A stretch of 64,000 nucleotides of DNA from Octopus bimaculoides (Eukaryota): the NCBI RefSeq assembly GCF_001194135.2, contig NC_068997.1, positions 47,762,988 to 47,826,987 of the forward strand, read 5' to 3'. The position numbers were made by a program, and so were the translations under genes. This document shows, in pieces, positions 1-11,827 of this stretch. Under the pieces are notes generated by a model that was not told the origin of the DNA, made no database searches, and worked only from the letters and a program-made list of their open reading frames with translations. Numbering within the stretch: position 1 is the stretch's first letter; each line of letters starts with the position of its first letter.

Positions 1-99
1 TCAAAGATAGTAGCAAAGATGTGAAGCTGCCTTGGGTTGTATTCAGTGAGTTGACCTTCTCATTGTCTCTTGTGTTCATAGAAATATTCTCATACTAGG

Positions 100-860
100 G
101 GTGATTTCTTCATTTGAAAGTACCCTGGTTGTTTATTTTACACTTGTGAATCAAAACCCCAGGTAGCATTTCTCTCCTTTTTGTTGATTCCTTTCCCTTA
201 AAAATTACAATTGGCATAAGCTTAGTCTCATCTGTATTAAACACAAGCACCACATTTAAATGTACCTCTTTATGTTCTGTGGTCTTCACATCAACAGTTT
301 TTCTCTCAAGTAAACTATATTGTTTCTAAAGAGATAAAAAAAAAACATAGGAGTTTCATCCATATTTCTAACCTGTTGAAGTTGATAACTGTTTTCTTTG
401 TTTCAAAATAAAGGTGTGAAATGAATTTGCTAGTGTTATTAGTACTTATTAGTATCATTTAATTGTAATTTATGAGATATGTTAGTTTTTTGATGCAGAC
501 CAAGCCCTTGTCTTTCCATAAAATAATTAATTCATTCGTTGGGAGCTTTCGATAATGGATTTGTAAACATCTTAGTAGCCTTCAAGCTTATCTGTAGCAG
601 AGTATATAACTTCTTTTAGTTGTTCTATATTACCATTCTTTTTCCATAGATAGCAATAGAGTCTACTTCTCACTACATGCTTTTACTGTCTCTGGCATTT
701 TCAGTAAGAATTCTTACAGCATTCTTCCATTGCTCACAGCTTTCTCTGATACAGAAAACTCCCTCTCAAGAGCCCTGTAACCACTGACTTCTGTAAAGTT
801 CACAGCTTCAAAACTGAAAACAGCAACATATGAACATTTTCTCTTTACACCTGTAATAAC
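100..860 (-). mobile_element. Degenerate pogo/Tigger (POGK-like) transposase remnant: Brinker-type DNA-binding domain plus start of DDE_1 domain
   Basis: Minus-strand KRKCSYVAVFSFEAVNFTEVSGYRALEREFSVSEKAV (714-850) resembles the BrkDBD pattern (KRRSY..FKL.AV..AE..GNRAA.R.FSVSEK.VR). KTVDVKTTEHKEVHLNVVLVFNTDETKLMPIVIFKGK (about 190-300) resembles pogo DDE_1 KTV.IKTTGHEK..FTVVL....DGTKLPPMVIFK. Stops and frameshifts are present. Confidence 0.75.
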
Positions 861-879
861 AATGTTTGGCATGAAATAT

Positions 880-1060
880 TTTCCCATGCTGATGCTATGT
901 AAAAAGCACTGGTGCTGGTGCCACATATAAAGCACTGGTGTTGGGTGCCACATAAAAAAGCACCCAGTTCACTCTGTGAAGTGGTTGGTGTTAGAAACTA
1001 TGCTAAATCAACCAAATGAAACCTGGTGCAGCTTGCCAGTTCTGGTTGAACCATTAAGTA
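880..1060 (+). mobile_element. SINE/RTE 3'-UTR-type repeat fragment
   Basis: Tandem aaaagcac(t/c) units followed by gtggttggtgttagaaac...cctggtgcagc; same family as 2645-2865, 12450-12855 and 13455-13905. Confidence 0.6.
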
Positions 1061-1734
1061 ATGATGAATATTGATTTAAATATTTCCTTACCACACTTAC
1101 AACCTAACAGACAATTCCTAATAAAATTCCCCAAACTTTTTATTTTTGACCTTGACTTTCACTCCTTCTCATCACTGTTAACTTTCTTCCTCAGCATTCA
1201 CTCCTCACCCATAAAATTCATTGCTGTTGCACTGACAAGAATATAGAAGCAGGAGAAACCATTCTTGTGTTAGTTTGGAGTGATGCAATTCTCCAGTGAT
1301 GAAAAGGTATAAAAGGTGCTTGGAACTGACTAACACGAACACAAGAGTAACATGGAAGCTCTAGTATGCAACCATTGTATCTAAATTCATTGAAAAATGC
1401 AACAATTGAATAATTCCAGCCACTACCCTCTTCTTTGATGTTTGCAGTTCAGCCAACAAGCTCAAAAGATCAAAGACTGAACGACATTTTCTGGTTTAGC
1501 TTTCAAACATTAAAAAATGCGGTTACTTAATGTGACTATTCCCATTTGCAATAGGTTATATAACATTGAAATTTCTTGCACAAGTTTACTTAACCTCATA
1601 CATCAGTCACGTCTCTGACTTTTTTAAAAACTGAAACTGTAAACAAAAGGAAGCAAAGTGAAAAAGAGCCTCATAAATAAATACAGTAAACCTTGATACT
1701 CTGTCATCATATCATCATTATTGAACACCTGTCT

Positions 1735-2045
1735 TTCATGCTGGCATGGGTTGGACAGTCTGACAGGAGCTGGCAAGCCAGAGGACTGCACCAAGCTCCA
1801 CTGTCTGCTTTGGCCTGGTTTGTAATGGCAGGATGTCCTTCCTAACAACAGCCACTTTACAGAGTGGACTGGGTGCTTTTTACATGGCACCAGCACCAGT
1901 GAGGTCTGCTTTGGCATGAATTCTTGTGACTGGATGCCCTTCATAATGCCAACTACACTATAGAGCAGACTGGGAGCTTTTTCTGGCGAGGCCCGCTTGG
2001 CATAGTTTTTATGGTTGGACGCCCTTCCTAATGCCAGCAACTTTA
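1735..2045 (-). mobile_element. SINE/RTE 3'-tail repeat
   Basis: tttcatgctggcatgggttggacagt...ggatgtccttcctaac...gtgcttttacatggcac; homologous to the other tail copies in the window. Confidence 0.65.
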
Positions 2046-2644
2046 CAGGAAAAGAGTCTTCTACAATACATTCCCACCATAAAAGTCAATTTTATACATG
2101 ATATCACATTGTGATATCTCCATCTGCCACTTTTTGCAGGCTAATTATTGTTTGTTTGTGAGTCAAATTATTTACATAATTAACTTGATAATTTCATGGC
2201 TGGATTCACTTGGATTTTAAACTAGTGCAACAAATCAAATATATATACATATTTTTTTTTATATATAATAATATAAATCCCTGAAGGAAATTAATCAAAG
2301 TTACCTTTAGGCTAGATGGGACTGACTACCCAACTTTTGAACTTTCATGAAACTAAAAACAGTTGTTTTCCATTATATGTGATTATTTTTGTTATTAAAG
2401 TTGTGGTTGATATTAGTGGCCATGTTGTTTAAATCTAAGCTGGTTATGATGAAGCAGACACGTGATCAAAAATCATTCCAGCCATGATCATCCTGTCTTT
2501 ATGTATATCACGGACAACTGTTCAATGTACAATTGTTTATTTCAGATGGAGAAGTGTAATTTGAGAGAGATTTAGCTGTTATTCCTAGCAGATGGACTGA
2601 CCACATAGAAGTCCCCCTTATTCACCCAGTTGTTGGTGGTAGTG

Positions 2645-2865
2645 GTCATCATCATCATCGTTTAACGTCCGCTTTCCATGCTAGCATGGGTTGGACGATT
2701 TGACTGAGGACTGGTGAAACCGGATGGCAACACCAGGCTCCAGTCTGATTTGGCAGAGTTTCTACAGCTGGATGCCCTTCCTAACGCCAACCACTCAGAG
2801 AGTGTAGTGGGTGCTTTTACGTGTCACCCGCACGAAAACGGCCACGCTCGAAATGGTGTCTTTTA
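2645..2865 (-). mobile_element. Young SINE/RTE 3'-tail copy with (CAT)n tail, truncated by gap
   Basis: catcatcatcgtttaacgtccgctttccatgctagcatgggttggacg...gctggatgcccttcctaacgccaaccactc; CpG-rich, so little decayed. Confidence 0.8.
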
Positions 2866-3613
2866 NNNNNNNNNNNNNNNNNNNNNNNNNNNNNNNNNNN
2901 NNNNNNNNNNNNNNNNNNNNNNNNNNNNNNNNNNNNNNNNNNNNNNNNNNNNNNNNNNNNNNNNNNNNNNNNNNNNNNNNNNNNNNNNNNNNNNNNNNNN
3001 NNNNNNNNNNNNNNNNNNNNNNNNNNNNNNNNNNNNNNNNNNNNNNNNNNNNNNNNNNNNNNNNNNNNNNNNNNNNNNNNNNNNNNNNNNNNNNNNNNNN
3101 NNNNNNNNNNNNNNNNNNNNNNNNNNNNNNNNNNNNNNNNNNNNNNNNNNNNNNNNNNNNNNNNNNNNNNNNNNNNNNNNNNNNNNNNNNNNNNNNNNNN
3201 NNNNNNNNNNNNNNNNNNNNNNNNNNNNNNNNNNNNNNNNNNNNNNNNNNNNNNNNNNNNNNNNNNNNNNNNNNNNNNNNNNNNNNNNNNNNNNNNNNNN
3301 NNNNNNNNNNNNNNNNNNNNNNNNNNNNNNNNNNNNNNNNNNNNNNNNNNNNNNNNNNNNNNNNNNNNNNNNNNNNNNNNNNNNNNNNNNNNNNNNNNNN
3401 NNNNNNNNNNNNNNNNNNNNNNNNNNNNNNNNNNNNNNNNNNNNNNNNNNNNNNNNNNNNNNNNNNNNNNNNNNNNNNNNNNNNNNNNNNNNNNNNNNNN
3501 NNNNNNNNNNNNNNNNNNNNNNNNNNNNNNNNNNNNNNNNNNNNNNNNNNNNNNNNNNNNNNNNNNNNNNNNNNNNNNNNNNNNNNNNNNNNNNNNNNNN
3601 NNNNNNNNNNNNN
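2866..3613. other. Assembly gap (N run). Other gaps: 11731-11740, 35140-35899, 40265-40279, 51234-51287, 59025-59124
   Basis: N characters in the sequence. Confidence 1.
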
Positions 3614-4893
3614 GGGTAAGAGCTCTCTAAACTTTGCCCAGGCTATTCTTATTCTAGCAGCTACACTTTCAGCGCACCCACCCCCACTACTAACTTGGTC
3701 GCCCAGATAGCGGAAGCTATCGACTACCTCTAGTTTTTCACCCTGGAATGAGATAGAAGTTGTTTCCTGTTTGTTTGCAGTCTTTATTGCACCTGAACAT
3801 CTGCCACAAACAAAAACTAACTTGCTAGTTAACCTGCCTTTGATGTTGCTGCACCTCTTATGTGTCCATAGCTTGCACCGGGTACATCTTATAGAGTTAC
3901 TACCTACTCCTTTTCTACATACTGAGCAGGGCCATCTACCTGAAGGGGTTTGGTGGAGGTAATATTTTACTGTTTAGCCTCAAGTCAGTAGCAGGGATAC
4001 AATTAAACGTAGTCCAACTGTGACCATCCCATCGTTTTGTACACATTTAAGATGACACTGTCCAACATGTCCTTCTTACTTTACGATGGTAGGGTGATTT
4101 GTTAGAATTTGGCTGTTGTTTCTGTAAGGCTAAACAACTGTCTACAGGCTTCCTCAATAGGGGGTGATGGTGGTGGTAATGGTGGCAATATTTTACTGCT
4201 TAGCACTCCAAAAGCCCTAATTAAACAGGCTTAAGATCAAAGATGTTCTAGCTGTGACCCCCTTTTATTCAGTCACACTTGTAGTGGTAGAGGTGGTGGT
4301 GAGCGCGATGATGGTAGTAGGGGGTCAACCCTCATCAAACAGACCTCAAATCAAAAGCATTCCAATTGTGACCATCTCATCTTTATTCAGAGATACTCTC
4401 ATTCTATGTGTACTTCCTTTATTCAATACTTGGAGATTTGGCTGCTAATTTAAGCATGCAAAGAACCTGCATAGACAATCCTTTGTTCGCCCTGATGGTA
4501 CAGAAATGTTGGTGATAACAGCTGTGTTTTTTCTCTGTGAATGGAACCTAGGATAGTATCCTATAAGTCCATATATACCCCCATCCCTCATCTCATATCC
4601 TACCCATGTCATTATCCTGTCCTTTCTATATTATAAGCATTCAAAAACTACCTCCTACTTCCTCTCACAATCTCTCTCTCATTCTCTCTAATATCTTTTT
4701 TTACTCTATTAAATTCCATCCAAACTACCCTCTACTCCCACTCTCTGTATAACTCATTCTCACTAATGTTCCTTCACCTCCTCCTCCACCCCCTGTTCTC
4801 ACTCTAATATCCTCTCTTCCACAAGATTCAAATCCTCCATCCCCCCACCCCTGCACCATCCACCATAGTATAGTTATCAGGTGATATATTTAC

Positions 4894-5007
4894 CTGGTTC
4901 AGGTAGAAGTACTGGGGAGCATCTTGGAGTCCGTATTCTTTCTTTTCTTCAGGAGTCATAGCAGACAACATCTCATAGAAGACATGGTAATTCCTTTCAT
5001 CATCCGG
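4894..5007 (-). CDS. Myo15: Myosin XV-like heavy chain, coding exon 7 (114 nt, phase 0/0): PDDERNYHVFYEMLSAMTPEEKKEYGLQDAPQYFYLNQ
   Basis: Acceptor tctctttacag, donor CAG|gtaaat; ERNYHxFY motif of the myosin motor domain. Confidence 0.93.
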
Positions 5008-5139
5008 CTGTAAAGAGACAAACATGACACCAATGAGTGGCCACTTCTGTTCATACTCTCCACCTTGCAGAGATGAGAGTGAACACTCATCATCCAGCAT
5101 TCTCACACTCAACACATTAAAACAAAAATACTTTTGGCT

Positions 5140-5870
5140 CAATATGTGGTACAGTATAGTGAGGTACAATCTGGTGTGGTGTGGTGATACAGGAAACAGT
5201 GCAGTGTGGTGTATTGGTAGTGTGATACAGGGTACCATGTGGTGTAGGATAGTGCACTGCTGCACTGTGGTGCTATATGGTGTATGTGTGACACAGGATG
5301 CAATGTAGTGTAGTGTAAGGCAGTATGATGCTGTGCAATATGGTGTGACACAAGGTACTACAAAATGATATAAGATGCAGTGTGGTGTAGGATTGTGTAG
5401 TGCTGCACAGTACAGTGTTCTGCAGTGTAAAGTAGTGTTATGCTGCAGTATAGTATGTAGTGTAGTACAAGCTGCAGTTTGGTGTAGTACAGTGTAAAGT
5501 GGTGTGATGCTGTGCAGCATGATGTGATAAAAATGCAGTGCTGTGTGATACAAGGTGCCATGTGGTGTAGGATAGAATAGCATTGCACTGTACAGTGTGC
5601 TGCATTGTGAGGTGATGCTATGTGGTGTGATACAAGGTGCAATGTGGTGTTGTTCAGTTACAGTATAGTACAGGGTACGATGTGGTGTATGACAGTGTAG
5701 TGTTTCACTATGTAGCATGCTGGAGTGTAAAGTGGTGCAATGATACAGGGTGTAATGTGGTGCTGTGGAATGTAATGTGGTGTTGCAGTGTAGTACAGGG
5801 TGCTGTGTGGTATTTTGGTATGCAGTGTGGTGTGGCACAAGGTGCAGTTTGGTGTAGAATAGTTTAAGCT
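5140..5870. repeat. Degenerate GTG/TGTAG-rich minisatellite (about 730 bp)
   Basis: Recurring gtgtggtgtgatacaaggtgc / cagtgtagtgtag units; yields spurious His/Thr/Cys ORFs. Confidence 0.85.
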
Positions 5871-6220
5871 GGAAGATGTATAAAAGCCCCATGTGTGTGT
5901 TTGTGTTTACATTACACTGCTTATGCAACAGGGCTCTTTGTTTACAATCTCCCATAAACATTATATCAGCTCAATGGTTCAATATACAAAGACCAGTGGA
6001 ATGAAAAGTACCTTACTTAAAAAAAAACAAGAAATATTTCATGACGACAAAGGCATCTGACCATAGAATTTGATAAGTCTCATCCAACCCATGCTAGCAC
6101 AGAAAAATCAGATGTTAAAAAGGAAATGACACAATATAATATGGTGTATTATGAGAGAGTGAGGGTTCACATGATCACCAGAACAAGATATGACAAGATA
6201 TGATAAAGTACAACACTCAC

Positions 6221-6284
6221 CTGCTTAACGATACGGGACCTTTCCAGGAGATATTCTGCTGTGCGGGCACCACAGATGGAGCCA
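6221..6284 (-). CDS. Myo15: Myosin XV-like coding exon 6 (64 nt): (S)GSICGARTAEYLLERSRIVKQ
   Basis: Acceptor ttttgtcttctag, donor CAG|gtgagt; YLLE(K/R)SR motif; phases match exons 5 and 7. Not in the ORF track. Confidence 0.93.
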
Positions 6285-6374
6285 CTAGAAGACAAAATAA
6301 AACAATGACAATATAGCATATAGTATATTCATGACCCACTTTAGTTAATTAAACAATCAAATTTAAATATAATT

Positions 6375-6600
6375 AATATATTGGTTTCAAATTTTGACAT
6401 AAGGCCAGCAAATTTGGGGGAGGAAGCCAGTCGAATACATTGTCCCCAGTGTGTAACTGGTACTTACTTTATTAACTCCAAAAGGATGAATGGTAAAGTT
6501 AACCTCGGTGGAATTTGAACTCAGAACGTAAAGCTGGATAGACAATAAGCTGCTAAGCGTTTTGCCCAGCATGCTAATGATTCAGCCAGCTCGCTACCTT
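6375..6600 (-). mobile_element. tRNA-derived SINE with Meta-domain-like core. Further copies near 7612-7820, 13130-13430, 17890-17990, 28430-28570, 28700-28830 (+), 44050-44240, 45445-45650
   Basis: Reverse strand reads aaggtagcgagctggctgaatcattagcatgctgggcaaaacgcttagc...gttctgagttcaaattccaccgaggttaactttaccattcatccttttggag...aagtaccag (A/B-box-like head plus conserved core). The Meta-domain label is from recollection. Confidence 0.75.
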
Positions 6601-6640
6601 AAATATAAATAACATGTTAACAATATTAATATTGCTAACA

Positions 6641-7035
6641 TTCTCTTTTACTCTTTTACTTGTTTCAGTCATTTGACTGTGGCCATGCTGGAGCACCACC
6701 TTTAGTCGAGCAAATCGACCCCAGGACTTATTCTTTGGAAGCTAGGCTTATTTTATCAGTCTCTTTTGCTGGACTGCTACATAATGGGGACATAAACACA
6801 CCAGCATTGGTTGTCAAGCGATGGTGGGGGGACAAACACAGACACACAAACATATACACACATACATATGCACAACAGGCTTCTTCCAGTTTCCATCTAC
6901 CAAATCCACTCACAAGGCTTTGGTCGACCCGAGACTATAGTAGAAGACACTTGCCCAAGGTGCCACCCAGTGGAATGAACCTGGAACCATGTGGTTAGTA
7001 TGCAAGCTATTTACCACACAGCCACTCCTGCGCCT
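6641..7035 (-). mobile_element. Full-length cephalopod tRNA-derived SINE (family A, internal CA/TA microsatellite)
   Basis: Reverse strand starts aggcgcaggagtggctgtgtggtaa (A box) ...ggttccaggttcattcc (B box), ends gactgaaacaagtaaaagagtaaaagaga; many paralogous copies in the window. Confidence 0.85.
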
Positions 7036-7988
7036 ATATATTATTAATATATTAACAATCAATTTGAACTTGTATTGGTGGGTTAATGATAGGAAGCAAA
7101 TTATGGTACATAATTGGCAGTTAAATATAATACCTGGAAGGAAGAGAGGCATTTCATGTGTGAATAATAATTTGTAACTAGCCTTTGAAACACACTGCAT
7201 TAAATATACTAGCACCAACTTAGCTGATTTTTCTTTTTCCTTACAGATAGCATTTCTAAATTATTTATTCTCTAAAATATGCTAATTTTCAACACCAACT
7301 ACTATTCTGTATTGTACATCTACTTAATGAATCTACTTCAGTATGTACACTGAAGTTTTGCAGACATCTTATGAACTAGGTCTAGAGTTATCTCCCATCT
7401 TTCCTACTAGAATAATGACTAGAAATGTTAATACCATGTAATAAGCTGAAAAAGAAAAAAAGAAAAAAAAATCAAAAGCAGGTACATTCTATTCATTTTT
7501 CCTTATTCGTAATTTCACATTCAAACTTCTAGTCCTACCAGACATTACGAAGAAATAATTATCTCCCCTGTACTAACTGTCCACTAGGTGACTTCATGTG
7601 TTTAAAATATTGATTTTTAATTTTGGTACAAGGCCAGCAATTTCACAGGTTGGGGTAAGTTCATTGCATCAACCTCAGTGTTCAACTGGTACTTACCTTA
7701 ACGACCCTGAAAGGATCAAAGGAGATATCAGCCTCAGTGAAATTTGAACTCAGAACACAAAGACTAATGAAATGCTGCTAAGCATTTTCCCTGGCATGCT
7801 AACGATTCTGCCAGCTTAATGCTTTCCACATGTTTAAAATATTAGTAATTAACAAATATTGTCTTTTCTTCCCAACCATGCAATTATTTCTAATTAAACT
7901 TAATCTTCAGTGCATTGAATATTTTAACACTAACTTAATCATTATAATTAATAGTTGAATTAGAAGAATGTGGTACTTTAATTGAAAA

Positions 7989-8056
7989 ATGGGCCGACCA
8001 AAGCCTTGTGAGTGGATTTGGTAGACAGAAACTGAAAGAACCCCGTCGTATATATG

Positions 8057-8089
<33 letters not shown>

Positions 8090-8292
8090 TTGTGTGTCTG
8101 TGTTTGTCCCCCTAGTATCGCTTGACAACTGATGCTGGTGTGTTTATGTCCCCGTAACTTAGCGGTTCGGCAAAAGAGCCCGATAGAATAAGTACTAGGC
8201 TTACAAAGAATAAGTCCTGGGGTCGATTTGCTCGACTAAAGGTGGTGCTCCAGCGTGGCCGCAGTCACATGACTGAAACAAGTAAAAGAATA
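7989..8292 (+). mobile_element. Family A SINE, 5'-truncated
   Basis: gggccgaccaaagccttgtgagtggatttggtagacagaaactgaaag...gactgaaacaagtaaaagaataa. Confidence 0.85.
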
Positions 8293-8559
8293 AGTGTGCT
8301 ATCAGGAAGAGCATTCAATCACAGAATATTACCTCAGAAATGTTTGTCCAAACCATGCCAGCAAGGAAGAATAATTTAGATAAATGTAAAGTCTTTAGAT
8401 AATTTCAAAAAGTCATTATAAAAAACTTAGAAGAGGTGGCAAAAATATTTTAATTGCATATTAATATATTTTATTATTAAAGTGTTTTTTTAATGCTATT
8501 AATAGTTTTATTGATGGTATGTTTTTATGTTTCAGACAACAACATTGTCGCCATCCTCT

Positions 8560-8958
8560 CTTTACTCTACTCTTTTACTCTTTTACTTGTTTCAGTCATT
8601 TGACTGCGGCCATGCTGGAGCACCACCTTTAGCCGAGCAAATCGACCCCAGGACTTATTCTTTGGATGCCTAGTACTTATTCTATCGGTCTCTTTTGGTG
8701 AACCGCTAAGTTACGGGGAGATAAACACACCAGCATCAGTTGTCAAGCGATGTTGGGGGGGCCAAACACAGACATACAAACATATACACTTACATACATA
8801 TATACGACGGGCTTCTTTCAGTTTCCGTCTACCAAATACACTCACAAGGCTTTGGTTGGCCCGAGGCTATAGTAGAAGACACTTGCCCAAGGTGCCACGC
8901 AGTGGGACTGAAACCGGAACCATGTGGTTGGTAAGCAAGCTACTTACCACACAGCGCC
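8560..8958 (-). mobile_element. Family A SINE, near full length. Partial copies at 9984-10088, 11905-12110, 15755-15925, 17298-17878, 19437-19620, 20722-21275, 27545-27790, 32330-32660, 33930-34225, 44320-44475
   Basis: High identity to 6641-7035. Confidence 0.85.
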
Positions 8959-9403
8959 TGTATATTTATCCTGTATATTTAATGCTATGGATATTAAAAA
9001 GTTAATTAAAAATAATTATTTAGTGGGGAAAAGACAGTCTTAATTAATGATTAAAAAAATTCCTAGTAAACAACATGTAATGAAAGCTGAAAAACACTTT
9101 TTTTTTATCAAAGACATCAAGAGATACAGAGTAAAACAATAAACTACATGGTCATTTTGGCAAACTTAGCTTTCCTCCTCCTACTACATCTCACACCAAC
9201 TCCCCCTGTTTCCCAAGCCCTGACTGCTACTGCATTGACAACATGACTATCCTCCCACCACCAATCATACCCAGCATGCATCTCTTTGCCCTCCTCTCTC
9301 TACCTAACCTTACTCCTGATCTCATTCATTTTAATCCCATTAAAGCAAAAGTGATCTAATTCTTAAATCTTTATTTACAAACAATTTAAGATGAGTGGTT
9401 AAA

Positions 9404-9441
<38 letters not shown>

Positions 9442-9454
9442 AAAGGTCTATGCA

Positions 9455-9690
9455 CCTTTGAATGTGCTTAACTTTGTAGAATTGAAACTGGCCATATCTG
9501 GCCAAAATAGTCAACCAGTTTTCTGCTCAAATGGACAGATCTGGCACCTTTCCCTAATGTCATTCTAAAACTAAACCATCACATCATCGAAATCTTGGTA
9601 GTGAAATATTGCATGACTAATTCAAAACAATGTAATTAAGTAAGCAATGTGTTTGATAGAGGGATCTGAATGCTTACCGGTTAAGCACTT
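9455..9690. mobile_element. Degenerate piggyBac-type MITE (family also at 16745-17220 and 27285-27512)
   Basis: Shared body (gaaactggccatatctggcc...atgtcattctaaaa...tcatcgaaatc...tctgaatgct). The 16745 copy has ccctttagcatt / aatgctaaag inverted ends. Confidence 0.55.
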
Positions 9691-10137
9691 CACAATACTA
9701 CCCAAATTAAGGAGACCATAGAATAGACCTGTCTCTCTCTCTCACTATCCCAGCTGCTCTATCAAACCCTCAACAACACATACTATAATTTGCCTTCCAC
9801 CATTAAACTAACAACACCAGTTCAAACTAATTGTTAACGACACAAACCCCACACAGATATAAATCTGACATCACAGGTCTAAGAGGGCTCAAAAGGCTAT
9901 GGTCACCATACTTAACTTTCAGATTAATGAATAAAAATATGTAAAACCTGTAAGGTAGGAAAATAGGTAGAATCAGTTGATAGACATGGCTGTGTGGCAA
10001 GACGTTTGTTTCTCAATTACATGCTTCTGGGTTCAGTTCCACTGCACTGCTCCTTGGGCAAATGTCTTCAACTATAGGCTTGGATTGACTAACAACAGCA
10101 ATATAAAGCAAAAATAATAAAATACAAGCAGACTAAC

Positions 10138-10338
10138 CTTTGAAAGAAAAGTTCTATATATTTCCCAAATCGGCTGGAGTTATCATTACGTATGGTCTTG
10201 GCATTGCCAAAGGATTCAAGGAGTGGGTTTCCTTCCAAAATCTGTTCAGTGATTAGGTTGTCATTATTGCGATTGACAAGTGCAACATACTGCATGATGA
10301 GTTTGCAGCTCTCGGTCTTCCCAGAACCACTTTCACCA
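10138..10338 (-). CDS. Myo15: Myosin XV-like coding exon 5 (201 nt): (S)[66 protein letters not shown]
   Basis: Acceptor tctctcctccag, donor AG|gttagt; P-loop [17 protein letters not shown] and switch [10 protein letters not shown]. Confidence 0.97.
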
Positions 10339-10469
10339 CTGGAGGAGAGAAGATAAAATCAAAATGTAATTTATAACAGAGAGAATATAAATATTTTTGT
10401 CAAAGACTCCAAAATCAAAAAAAAAGTTAAATTTTCTATGGAAGAGAAAGTAATTTAGAGGGTACAATA

Positions 10470-10950
10470 TATTAACTACCAGCTCCTGAAGAGGACTAAT
10501 TGGGTCTGCAGCCCCAAACTAAGCAGAGCTAAATAGCATGACTATAACATGTCTATAATGACTATATGCCCTGGTGATCTTTGACCAGAGGTTAAGGATG
10601 GATAAGAATTAATTCGGTAAAGCAATCATTCTATTGTTCCAGTCCCAAGTTCAATTCCAACTGTTGGCCAATTTGTCCCAAAGTTCTTATCTCAATGTAA
10701 AATTAACAAAGCGAATGTCATTTATCTCCCCCTTGATCTCTGACATCATCTGACAAACACCAACCAAGATGGCGCGAATAAGCCAAGTTTTACTTGTTAG
10801 AAATAGTAACCCAAATACCTTTAAATAAAATCCCAAAACTAGATGTTCAAGAACTGAATGAAGGGCAGATTTTCAATCTCAGAAACATCCTGATTCCGAA
10901 AAGGTATAATATGTCTATGCAGAGCAAATGTAGACTGAGACACAGATGCA
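10470..10950 (+). mobile_element. Unclassified interspersed repeat with decayed hammerhead-like motif (second copy 39300-39600)
   Basis: agctcctgaagaggactaattgggtctgcagccccaaac vs agctcctgtagaggagctaatagggcctgcgacccaaaac; gatgttcaagaac..aatgaagggcaga.tttcaat...atgtctatg.agagcaaatgtaga is shared by both loci. Confidence 0.6.
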
Positions 10951-11643
10951 AGACACTATCAATTCAATAGTACAACACAAATAAAGCAATCCACAAACAA
11001 GAGACACACTCTATACAGTGAATATCCTGATTTTTTGATTCAAAGCTGATGGATTGGTACTTTGACCAAATCCAAAAACTTGCAGATCGTTGGCAGAAGG
11101 TCATGGAAAATGATGGTTTTTATTTTGAAGAATAGTAGTTGTTGTTTTTGAATAAATTCTTGCATAAAAAAATCATTATTTTAACACAACACATGAACTT
11201 TTTCCTCAACCTAGTTTTCGCCTTTATTTGATAATCTAAATAAGTATTGGCCACTCCTATCCTTCTTTCTTCCAGTTACCACTCCTTCTCCATCAGACAT
11301 TTTCTTACTACCAACCTAACAACGTCCCCTTTTATGTAGATAAAGCTAGATATATGATTCCAGTACACTGGGAGTCAAGTAGATTGACATTAATTGATAT
11401 ATCACCATTTACTAAGCAACTCTCAATGGATTTAATTCTAAATGGTTGAAGACTACATACTACATAAAGACTTCTAAATAGAAGTAACTACATCACCACT
11501 CCTGTTATCTTGACCCCCCCCCCACTATCCCCTCTGCTACTCTCTGAATTATAGTGGGCTTAACAAGGTATGCATTCTCATTCTGTCACAGTTATAACAA
11601 AAGGAAACAATGTAAATATTTTGGTTTCCATTATTGATGTAAA

Positions 11644-11827
11644 TTTGTTAAAAAATAGTTATCCTTTAAATTTGAAATCTATGCGTTCATCCGACGACAA
11701 CGATTTCTTTCAAATTAATGTAAATGTTTTNNNNNNNNNNTTTGTTAAAAAATAGTTATCCTTTAAATTTGAAATCTATGCGTTCATCCGACGACAACGA
11801 TTTCTTTCAAATTAATGTAAATGTTTT
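11644..11827. repeat. Exact 87-bp direct duplication either side of a 10-N gap (probable assembly overlap artefact)
   Basis: 11644-11730 is identical to 11741-11827. Confidence 0.85.

Noticed and set aside
1200-1500. Stop-free minus-strand stretch as the next myosin exon
   Set aside because: No similarity to the expected GG.C...DD..DF segment; the next exon is probably in the gap or outside the window.
2714-3710. Long ORFs with X runs (also 34943-36009)
   Set aside because: Artefacts of N gaps.
4828-5961. 377-aa ORF as a protein
   Set aside because: Only 4894-5007 is myosin, bounded by splice sites; the rest translates a low-complexity satellite.
6990-7035. tRNA gene-like A/B boxes (also in other SINE heads)
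   Set aside because: These are SINE heads with no cloverleaf or acceptor stem; no true tRNA or rRNA gene was seen.
11644-11827. 87-bp tandem duplication as biology
   Set aside because: Identical copies flank a 10-N gap, typical of unmerged contig overlap.
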